From Bacteroidota bacterium (lineage in GTDB: Bacteria; Bacteroidota; Bacteroidia; Bacteroidales; B18-G4), in NCBI GenBank assembly GCA_039714935.1, contig JBDLIJ010000003.1:1-38690 (forward strand): a stretch of DNA of 38,690 nucleotides, written 5' to 3'. The translations under genes were made by a program, and so were the position numbers. Positions 18,910-26,750 of this stretch are shown one piece after another. The notes under the pieces are model-generated. The model was not told the DNA's origin, did not search any database, and saw only the letters and a list, made by a program, of their open reading frames with translations. How positions within the stretch are numbered: the first letter of the stretch is position 1; every line of letters starts with the position of its first letter.

Positions 18910-20178
18910 TCAATCCGCATAGAAATCTATCATCCGCTGAATGGCCCTTTTACAAACCGGGCAAAAGGCATCATATTTTACTGATTTCATGGTGCAGTCG
19001 ATATAAGGCCGGTAAACGCCTTTGGCTACATAGCCTCCTCCTTCATAAACACCGATTGTATTTTCATTTTCTTCTGTAGCAGGAGTTGGAACAGGTGTTG
19101 AATGGCTGACCATGTTTTGCCATTTTCTGTTGAAGCCCACTAGTGTGGTAATGTTTGGCTCCCAAGGTTCTGCGTCAAGCGGATAAAAATCTTCTACCGC
19201 AACCTCCGATGTATAGTATTCATCAGCCAGCCCGGCGAAAGCATGCCCAAACTCGTGCTGGAAAAGAAAATCTCCTGTCGGGTTGTCGCTGGTACCCAGA
19301 CTATAGAAGTTGTAGATTCCTCCACCTCCGTATTTTTCATGGTTCACAAGGATAAAGATTTGATCGTAGGGTGCATTGGCGGCAAGATCACGTACACTTT
19401 TCATGTCTTTAGTGGTCAAATACCTTTCCGAATCAAAGGTGTAAAAGTTCGTTCCGACTACAGTATTTTTCCAGATGTCTTCGCCAGGCAGATCAGTGCC
19501 ACTATCTTCCGAAACTGATTTCACAGCCCAGATATTGATCTTATCCTTGTTTTGTTTATATGGATCAGCTTCAAGAATATAGCCTTTGAAGCGTTCACAA
19601 TCTTTGTCGAACTTGTCCATCTCTTCAGCAGTATACCCTTCTGCAATGATTACGATGTCGAGTTTTTTATTATGTTTTCCTGCATAATGCACCTTGGATC
19701 TTTTGAATTTATTTTTTGTTTTTTTTTGGATATTACGGGTTTTCGGATCAACTTTCAGGATGAATTCCTTACTCCAGGATAGATCTTTATTACGACTGTA
19801 GAATACAATGTTCACTTCATTTTTGGGAAATGGAAAGATCACGGACTCATCAAAGTTGGCACAAGCCGTTTCTGCTTCTTTTGTCGATTGGTATTCCCTG
19901 AAAAGCGAAGAATAGCCTCTTGAATAAAGTAACTCATTGGTTGCGGCATCATATACTTCAAATTTATAGTTGCCGTAATCGAATTTATCGATCAGGTTTG
20001 TCTTGGACCCTCCCCAGTATTTCTCAACAAACAGGGTGTCGAACAAATAATATTCAATCTGTGCACTGCCTGAGTGCTCATAGTCGATCCTCAGTGTTTT
20101 ATTTTTGAAATGATCTTTGAACTGTGCCTGAGTTCCTATGGTCAGGATCAGTAAGATCAGGGTAATAACTTTTTTCAT
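18910..20178 (-). CDS. M64 family (IgA peptidase-like) metallopeptidase
   Basis: Signal peptide; N-terminal KTLRIDY domain; AEGYT; KYGGGG; HEFGHAFAGLADEY zinc motif; EGGGY...YRP..DCTM...FCPVC. Confidence 0.9.
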   Translation of the reverse strand: MKKVITLILLILTIGTQAQFKDHFKNKTLRIDYEHSGSAQIEYYLFDTLFVEKYWGGSKTNLIDKFDYGNYKFEVYDAATNELLYSRGYSSLFREYQSTKEAETACANFDESVIFPFPKNEVNIVFYSRNKDLSWSKEFILKVDPKTRNIQKKTKNKFKRSKVHYAGKHNKKLDIVIIAEGYTAEEMDKFDKDCERFKGYILEADPYKQNKDKINIWAVKSVSEDSGTDLPGEDIWKNTVVGTNFYTFDSERYLTTKDMKSVRDLAANAPYDQIFILVNHEKYGGGGIYNFYSLGTSDNPTGDFLFQHEFGHAFAGLADEYYTSEVAVEDFYPLDAEPWEPNITTLVGFNRKWQNMVSHSTPVPTPATEENENTIGVYEGGGYVAKGVYRPYIDCTMKSVKYDAFCPVCKRAIQRMIDFYAD

Positions 20179-20411
20179 GACAATAATTTGTGCCGTGAAA
20201 ATACGAAAAATTCAGGTATGCCCCGCACCTCACCCCCGACCCTGCATACTTCCTCTAAAACCATCCGAGCTTAAGCGAGAAATGTCCATTGAAGCCACGA
20301 AGTGTGTCTTCTGCCTCTTCGCGATTATTCATCATAGACATATCATTCCTCAAAGCTTGCAATTTCAGAAAATTATTCAACATTCAATACCCAAAATTCA
20401 AAACTTTTTAG

Positions 20412-20419
20412 TATATTTG
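20412..20419 (+). promoter_or_regulatory. Bacteroidota -7 promoter element for tnaA
   Basis: TATATTTG about 155 nt upstream of ATG 20574. Confidence 0.55.
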
Positions 20420-20573
20420 AAGCAGAATTAGTAAACTGCTCCTCAGTTGGTTAGTTACATAAATATCCTGCCTTCACTGCGGTATCTGAATATCAAGGAC
20501 CGTGACGGTTACACGAGTGTATAATCAATAACCGCAATTTTTCTATTTATTATTCTTGTAAAATTATTGCATT

Positions 20574-21950
20574 ATGAAGCTGCCATATGCTGAATCCTAT
20601 AAAATCAAGATGGTTGAACCCATCAAAAAGAGTACGCCCTCTGAACGTGTCAAATGGATCAGGGATGCTAAATATAATTTATTTAACCTGAAAAGCAGTC
20701 AGGTATTCATTGATCTGCTTACTGACTCCGGTACAGGGGCTATGAGTGATCGGCAGTGGTCGGCCATGATGCTGGGAGATGAAAGCTATGCTGGAGCCTC
20801 CTCATATTTTAAGCTCAAGGATACCATAAAAGATATACTGGGATTTGATCATTTTCTCCCTACACACCAGGGCCGTGCTGCTGAAAATGTGCTTTTTTCA
20901 GTATTGGTTAAGGAGGGCGATATTATTCCGGGCAATGCTCACTTCGACACTACGAAGGGTCATATTGAATTTCGAAAAGCCAAGGCTGTCGACTGTACGA
21001 TTGATGAGGCATTTGATACCACCCTGGATCATCCCTTCAAAGGAAATATTGATATCAGGAAGCTGGAGAAAGTCATTGCCGATACTCCAAGGGAAAAGAT
21101 ACCTTTCATCATTTTAACTATCACCTGTAATTCTGCCGGCGGACAGCCAATGTCAATGGCAAATATCAGTGAAGCATCTGCCTTGGCGAAGAAACATGGT
21201 ATCCCGGTGGTATTTGATTCAGCCAGGTTTGCTGAAAATGCTTACTTTATTAAGATCCGCGAGGAAGGTTATCAGGACAAAAGCATCAGGGAGATTGTAA
21301 AAGAGATATTCTCGCATGCTGATGCCATGACAATGAGCAGTAAGAAGGATGCCATTGTAAACATGGGAGGGTTTATTGGAATTCGTAGTGAGGACCTTTT
21401 CCGCAAGGCTTCTGTATACAACATTCTTTTTGAGGGATATGTTACCTATGGCGGTATGTCGGGCCGGGATATGAATGCACTGGCACAGGGACTATATGAA
21501 GGAACTGAATTTGAATATCTTGAAAGTCGTATTGGCCAGGTGGCAAGCCTTGGACAGATGCTTATGGATTATGATATTCCGGTTCAATTCCCATTTGGTG
21601 GGCATGCCATTTTTGTTGATGCAAAGCGATTTCTGCCACAGGTACCACGTGAGCAATACATTGCGCAGACACTTGCCATAGAACTATATCTGGAAGGTGG
21701 TGTGCGTGGTGTAGAGATCGGCACCCTCCTGGCTGATCGTGACCCCATTACACGCGAAAACAGGTACCCTGACCTCGAATTACTCAGACTCGCCATTCCA
21801 CGCCGTACCTATACGCAAAATCACATAGCATATGTGGCTGCTGCCCTGAAAAATGTTTATGACCGCCGTGATAAGATCAGCGATGGCATGCGAATAATTC
21901 AGGAAGCGCCGATAATGCGGCATTTTACGGTGGAGTTGGAGAAGATTTAG
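20574..21950 (+). CDS. tnaA: Tryptophanase (PLP-dependent beta-eliminating lyase)
   Basis: IDLLTDSGT, GDESYAG, THQGRAAE, SSKKD (PLP lysine), YGGMSGRD, RLAIPRR. FDTT and C-terminal RHFT match tryptophanase rather than tyrosine phenol-lyase (FTTT, RFFT). Confidence 0.85.
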   Translation: MKLPYAESYKIKMVEPIKKSTPSERVKWIRDAKYNLFNLKSSQVFIDLLTDSGTGAMSDRQWSAMMLGDESYAGASSYFKLKDTIKDILGFDHFLPTHQGRAAENVLFSVLVKEGDIIPGNAHFDTTKGHIEFRKAKAVDCTIDEAFDTTLDHPFKGNIDIRKLEKVIADTPREKIPFIILTITCNSAGGQPMSMANISEASALAKKHGIPVVFDSARFAENAYFIKIREEGYQDKSIREIVKEIFSHADAMTMSSKKDAIVNMGGFIGIRSEDLFRKASVYNILFEGYVTYGGMSGRDMNALAQGLYEGTEFEYLESRIGQVASLGQMLMDYDIPVQFPFGGHAIFVDAKRFLPQVPREQYIAQTLAIELYLEGGVRGVEIGTLLADRDPITRENRYPDLELLRLAIPRRTYTQNHIAYVAAALKNVYDRRDKISDGMRIIQEAPIMRHFTVELEKI

Positions 21951-22181
21951 AACATTCGTAAACCAGTTGGTGTTGCATATCTTGGCAATAGCGTTGACAG
22001 CAATGTGCTGACATCCGTGCTTTCGGTTGATTCGCAGGCAAAATCTCTTATCGCTGCCATACTTGCGCCGCTATTTGGTATCTTTGCTGATCTGTACGGT
22101 CTTGGATGGAGTATTGCCATTGTAAGTGCGGTACTGCTGATCTTTACACCTGTGATCCGGCTTAAACATGGAAGAGGATAA
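21951..22181 (+). pseudogene. C-terminal remnant of an MFS-type transporter gene, in frame after the tnaA TAG
   Basis: 76 open codons: NIRKPVGVAYLGNSVDSNVLTSVLSVDSQAKSLIAAILAPLFGIFADLYGLGWSIAIVSAVLLIFTPVIRLKHGRG*. It resembles MFS TM11-12 (P..G..AD..G) and has no 5' ATG. Confidence 0.6.
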
Positions 22182-22185
22182 TTGA

Positions 22186-22749
22186 ATGGAAATACTATAT
22201 GTCATACTAATTACACTACCCATTGCCCTTGTAGCTTTCAGTGCCGCTTTCTGGGGAGGGGTTTACCGCTGTTTGTGCTTAAGTGAAAAACTAAAAATGG
22301 CTGCTTCTTTTGCCATATTTCAAACCGGTTTCTTTTATCTGGGTATGTGGTCAGGAAATTCATTCGCTAACAGCCTCGGATGGCTTGCGATACCATTTGC
22401 TGAAGCCATCATTATGCTTACCGGCATAAAACTCATTTACGGAGCATTTAAGACAAGGCCGGAACAAAAATCTTATAATCTTGCCAGTAACAGTGAACTC
22501 ATCGCTGTTTCTTTTGCTGCAGGGCTAAATGCTTTTATGATAGGGCTTGGAATAGGCCTGCTCCGGCCAATAAATGTGAATTTATTATACTTTATCCCTG
22601 TACTTGTAGTGCTCCTGGCATATATTGGTGACTATCTGGGCAAGCAAAACGGGAGAATTATTTATACTACCTTTGCAGGGCTTGTGGCAGGCCTGTCTCT
22701 ATTAGCCCTGGGCACTGTTTTTGCCCTTGTGCTGCAGGAAATTATCTGA
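22186..22749 (+). CDS. MntP-family (manganese efflux-like) membrane protein, divergent
   Basis: 187 aa with about 6 hydrophobic segments; FAIFQ..F..LG, GIKLI, and NAFMIGLG pattern. Confidence 0.65.
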   Translation: MEILYVILITLPIALVAFSAAFWGGVYRCLCLSEKLKMAASFAIFQTGFFYLGMWSGNSFANSLGWLAIPFAEAIIMLTGIKLIYGAFKTRPEQKSYNLASNSELIAVSFAAGLNAFMIGLGIGLLRPINVNLLYFIPVLVVLLAYIGDYLGKQNGRIIYTTFAGLVAGLSLLALGTVFALVLQEII

Positions 22750-22763
22750 TAAATATTTGTTAG

Positions 22764-23888
22764 ATGAAATATGTTAAAATAGTGTTGCTTTTTGCATTTG
22801 TCGTGATGCTTCTGAAGTTGGGGGCACAAATTCCAACAGGCTATTACAACGGAACAGAAAACATATATGGTGAGGATTTGAAATCCGTTTTACACGATAT
22901 TATCGATGGGCATGATGCACCATCATACAGTGATCTCAGGGATTATATACTTCCGGAATCGGATGAAGATCCGGAGAACGCCAATAACGTCATCCTTTTA
23001 TATACTGGCAGATCTCAGGCAAAAGGAACTTTTGGGGGAGGTGTTAACGACTGGAATCGCGAACATGTATGGGCTAAGTCGCATGGCGATTTCGGGAACG
23101 ACCCGCCATGCGGAACAGATGCCCATATGATCAGACCTACCGACGCTTCGGTAAATGCCGATCGCGGCAATAAAGACTTTGATGATGGAGGACAGCAGCA
23201 CTCAGAAGCAACGGCTTGCTATTTCACAGATTACACCTGGGAGCCTCGTGATGAAGTTAAGGGGGATGTAGCCCGTATGATCCTGTACATGGATGTACGC
23301 TACGAAGGGGATAATGGAGAGTTGAACCTTACAGTGGTAGAGGAGGTGAATACATCACCAGCTCCGGAGCATGGCAGGCTCAGCACTTTGCTCGAATGGC
23401 ATGAAGATGATCCTCCCGATGCTTTTGAGGTGAACAGAAATAATGTCGTGTATTCATATCAGGGGAACAGGAATCCTTTTATTGACCATCCCGAATTTGT
23501 GTATAATATCTGGGGAGAGTCGGCAGAGATATCTGAGCTCCACCCCTCTGGTGGTGTTAAGCATTATCCAAACCCTGTTGTAAATGAGCTACATGTGAGA
23601 TTTCCCTTTCCCTTGGGAAAATCGAAAAAATATCAAATAATAAATGCTGCAGGGATAAAACTGGTGTCTGGTACATTTCAGGCTTCTGACGAATTTGTAA
23701 TTGATTGCAGCAGCTTCCCGGCAGGCATATATATTCTTCAAATCAACAATCAACAATCGACAATCAACAATCAACAATCGACAATCAACAATCAACAATC
23801 GACAATCAACAATCAACAATCGACAATCAACAATCGACAATCGACAATCAACAATGTCTATGTTTCTCCCTTTATAAAAACAAAATAA
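22764..23888 (+). CDS. Secreted endonuclease I family nuclease with a repeat-interrupted T9SS CTD
   Basis: Signal peptide, QIPTGYY, WNREHVWAKS, VNADRGNKDF, WEPRDEVKGDVARMILYMDVRY, QGNRNPFIDHPE; CTD YPNP...AGIYILQI...FIK. Confidence 0.9.
   Translation: MKYVKIVLLFAFVVMLLKLGAQIPTGYYNGTENIYGEDLKSVLHDIIDGHDAPSYSDLRDYILPESDEDPENANNVILLYTGRSQAKGTFGGGVNDWNREHVWAKSHGDFGNDPPCGTDAHMIRPTDASVNADRGNKDFDDGGQQHSEATACYFTDYTWEPRDEVKGDVARMILYMDVRYEGDNGELNLTVVEEVNTSPAPEHGRLSTLLEWHEDDPPDAFEVNRNNVVYSYQGNRNPFIDHPEFVYNIWGESAEISELHPSGGVKHYPNPVVNELHVRFPFPLGKSKKYQIINAAGIKLVSGTFQASDEFVIDCSSFPAGIYILQINNQQSTINNQQSTINNQQSTINNQQSTINNRQSTINNVYVSPFIKTK
23747..23855 (+). repeat. Intragenic heptamer tandem repeat CAATC(A/G)A x15
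   Basis: 15 full units at 23747-23851 (105 nt = 35 codons), mostly in a CAATCAA-CAATCAA-CAATCGA 21-nt period, encoding (INNQQST)n. Confidence 0.95.
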
Positions 23889-23889
23889 A

Positions 23890-24336
23890 ATGACAAGGAT
23901 AAGGATCACCAAAGTTTTTGATTTTGAGATGGCTCATGTCCTCAAGGACTATGACGGACCATGCCGGAACATTCACGGGCATTCATATAAACTGTATGTA
24001 AGTGTAATAGGGACACCTATCAGTGATGAAAACTCCCCCAAAAAAGGGATGGTGATGGATTTTAAAGACCTTAAAGGCATTGTAAAAAAGCACATTGTGA
24101 AGCGTTTCGACCATGCGCTGGTAATGAACAAATCAACATCCCCTGATTTGATTGAGAGTATTACAGCAAATGAGCAAAATCTTATTCTTGTTGACTATCA
24201 GCCAACAAGCGAAAACCTGATTACTGATTTTGCTTCTATCATAAAATCGCATCTTCCGTCGAATGTTAAATTACACAAGCTGCAACTCTGGGAAACAGCC
24301 ACTTCCTGTTCTGAGTGGTATGCAGAGGAAAATTAA
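23890..24336 (+). CDS. queD: 6-carboxytetrahydropterin synthase
   Basis: FEMAH, CRNIHGHSY, GMVMDF, FDH, PTSEN, LWET. Confidence 0.92.
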   Translation: MTRIRITKVFDFEMAHVLKDYDGPCRNIHGHSYKLYVSVIGTPISDENSPKKGMVMDFKDLKGIVKKHIVKRFDHALVMNKSTSPDLIESITANEQNLILVDYQPTSENLITDFASIIKSHLPSNVKLHKLQLWETATSCSEWYAEEN

Positions 24337-24342
24337 GAAGAC

Positions 24343-24366
24343 CACCCTCAGGCTTTCGCCGGGGTG
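24343..24366. terminator. Hairpin between convergent genes (probable terminator)
   Basis: CACCC-tca-GGC TTTC GCC-GGGGTG imperfect stem; weak U-tract. Confidence 0.45.
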
Positions 24367-24388
24367 ATACCCAATCATTTTTACCGGA

Positions 24389-26665
24389 CTAAGGATTCAC
24401 TTTAATGAAGGTTCTCATTAAAGGTTTACTTCCTTCTGCCTGTATGCGCACGTAATACACACTTTCGGGAAGATTGCTTATGTTCAGTTCAACGGTGTTG
24501 AGCCCTTTTATGAGGGTTTCTTGCTGAATGATCATTTGCTGTCCGAGCTGATTATAAACAGATATCCCGACATTCAGTGCCTTTTCGGCAGAAACATTCA
24601 GCCTGATCTGTGAATTTGCCGGATTGGGATACATGGCGCCGAGCAGTGAGACTTCAGAATATTCTTCAACAGATAAACTTGCGATTCCATTATCGATAAG
24701 AATGCTTATTTCAATGGAAGCATCATCTTCGCTCAGTGTAACCAGAAAACCTGTTGTTTCTATCCCAACCATCTCCGGATATACATAATAGGATCCATAG
24801 GCCAGGGAATTGAACCCGAACAAGCCATTTTCATCTGTATGCACATACATCAGCGGCTCCATGCTTTCACTTAAAAGAAGGATTTCCACACCCTGCATAA
24901 CAACTTTGGTATCGTTGTTATAAACCACACCTGAAATACTTCCGTTTCCTGTTGCAGCAGCAGTGCTTTCCTGCATAATGATATCGTGTACAATCGTGCC
25001 GGGGCATTCTTCTTCTGTAGCAGTCTGTGCTCCTTCCCAATAAATGGCATCGTAATGATATGTTGGTACATATTGTCCGAAATATGAAGATTGTTGTGAA
25101 AGGTCTGCCTGGACGTAAAAACTTAATCCATTACCGTGATTAACATTTTCAAACAAATAATTACCGTTATTATCAAAACTTACTGTTGCAACAGAAACGA
25201 TATTACTATTTATAGCATCAAATGCTGTCAGGTACACCTGGCCGGCATCAGCATGTGTAGCAGTATCAATAAAAACGTTTCCGCCAATACAATAGCTAAT
25301 GTCAGAGATAAAGATGGAATCATAGCTATATGCCACACAAGTGTCGGCAGCGTTTATAATGGACACAGTAGCAAGTGTAACGGCAAATGTTCCTGTAGAT
25401 CCGTAGGTATGCGTAATATCCTGGCCATTTGCAGTGTTTCCGTCCCCCAGATTCCATGTAAATGTTGAATTTGCACTTACATTTAATTCGTCTGAAAATG
25501 CCTCACCATGAAAGTTAAATGTAAAAATGTCAGCACCGGGTGTATGTGTAATAACATTGTAGCAATCCACCGGTGGTGGAACATTAGTTACATTTACATC
25601 GGTACAAATTGTGCTGGTGCATCCGTTGTTTTCATTCGTTATCGTCAGGCATACTGAAAAGATGCCGTCTTTAGGGAAAATATGTGTAGGGTGCTGTTCA
25701 GTTGAATATGTGGAGTCACCAAAGTCCCAGTCCCAAAGTGTTGGATCGCCGGTTGAGAGATCTGTGAAATTGACAGAATATGGTTGAGAACCAAATTCCC
25801 AGGTGTACAGCGCCTGACATGTTGGAGCATTTCCAACATATACATCACGGCAGCTCTCAAATATACAGGTATCCCCACCCAGGAAGACATAAGTAGTTGT
25901 TAAGCATACCGGAATAGTTGTCCCGGCTGGTTCGAAGGTATGAGTGATAGTTTGTCCGGTACCGGTACTTCCATCTCCAAAATCCCAACTGTATTCGATA
26001 GCCTGTTGTGTTGTGTCAAGCATAAATCCTTCAAAATCAAATGTGAGAAGGTCATTGGTAGTATAAGTGAAATCACTTTCACAAATATCACCTCCCGGGA
26101 TGTCGACCAATATTTCCAGACAATAAGTATCATCACAATTGCCTGTGGTATCACTTATGGTCAGGCATACATTATAACTTCCGCCAAGGGCATAAACATG
26201 CATCGGGCTTTGAAGGTTTGAAGTACTACCATCACCAAAATCCCAAGACCATAGTGATGGGCTCCCGGATGAAAAATCTGTAAAATACCAGGTGTCAGGA
26301 GATCCGGGAGAAGGATTCGCAAAAAAGTATGCGGCGCATTCTGGCGGAACCCCAACCTGAATATTCTGACAAGAAGTATCATTGCAGGGATTGCCTAAGG
26401 AATCATAGGTTTCTGTATACAGGCAAACTTCAAAAGTATTGACACCCGGAGATGTATATGTATGTGTTACTACCTTTCCGTTTGCTGTAGCGCCGTCACC
26501 AAGATCCCATGTAAACATAGCCTGGCTCGGCACCACCATAAACCCCTGGAAGGTAAAAGTAACACTATCATGCTGTTGGTAAAGGAAATAATTCTCACAA
26601 TCCTGAGAAGATAAGGATAAACTAAAAATCAATGCAATGAAAGAAACAAAGGTTTTCTGTAACAT
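24389..26665 (-). CDS. T9SS-secreted multi-PKD protein (about 5 PKD domains, conserved PTY module, CTD)
   Basis: Five W(D/N)(F/L)GD PKD cores with Cys pairs, YVPTYHYD...W, G.GSISG.V...TDENG.F.F..L.YG.Y, CTD MYPNP...RTFIKVNP. Confidence 0.88.
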   Translation of the reverse strand: MLQKTFVSFIALIFSLSLSSQDCENYFLYQQHDSVTFTFQGFMVVPSQAMFTWDLGDGATANGKVVTHTYTSPGVNTFEVCLYTETYDSLGNPCNDTSCQNIQVGVPPECAAYFFANPSPGSPDTWYFTDFSSGSPSLWSWDFGDGSTSNLQSPMHVYALGGSYNVCLTISDTTGNCDDTYCLEILVDIPGGDICESDFTYTTNDLLTFDFEGFMLDTTQQAIEYSWDFGDGSTGTGQTITHTFEPAGTTIPVCLTTTYVFLGGDTCIFESCRDVYVGNAPTCQALYTWEFGSQPYSVNFTDLSTGDPTLWDWDFGDSTYSTEQHPTHIFPKDGIFSVCLTITNENNGCTSTICTDVNVTNVPPPVDCYNVITHTPGADIFTFNFHGEAFSDELNVSANSTFTWNLGDGNTANGQDITHTYGSTGTFAVTLATVSIINAADTCVAYSYDSIFISDISYCIGGNVFIDTATHADAGQVYLTAFDAINSNIVSVATVSFDNNGNYLFENVNHGNGLSFYVQADLSQQSSYFGQYVPTYHYDAIYWEGAQTATEEECPGTIVHDIIMQESTAAATGNGSISGVVYNNDTKVVMQGVEILLLSESMEPLMYVHTDENGLFGFNSLAYGSYYVYPEMVGIETTGFLVTLSEDDASIEISILIDNGIASLSVEEYSEVSLLGAMYPNPANSQIRLNVSAEKALNVGISVYNQLGQQMIIQQETLIKGLNTVELNISNLPESVYYVRIQAEGSKPLMRTFIKVNP

Positions 26666-26719
26666 GGGCCCGATATTAAATATGGTTTGTTAATATTTTT
26701 TAATGATCAATCTAGTGGA

Positions 26720-26744
26720 AGACAAAAATAACAGCTAAAGTTGA
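26720..26744 (-). promoter_or_regulatory. Putative ECF sigma promoter (TCAACT-N15-GTCT)
   Basis: Minus strand TCAACTttagctgttatttttGTCT in the 85-nt gap upstream of ATG 26665. Confidence 0.45.
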
Positions 26745-26750
26745 ATGTTT

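Noticed and set aside
20491-20540. SAM-I or another known riboswitch (TATCAAG start)
   Set aside because: The remaining consensus elements are absent; kept only as an unassigned structured leader.
20574-21950. Tyrosine phenol-lyase assignment
   Set aside because: The FDTT and RHFT residues fit tryptophanase better.
16538-26665. Genome-wide TAG recoding, suggested by open frames after the TAG of tnaA and buk
   Set aside because: All three TAG-ending genes here (buk, tnaA, 24389 cargo) end at their family-typical C-termini, and no gene has an internal TAG. The buk extension is only repeat sequence.
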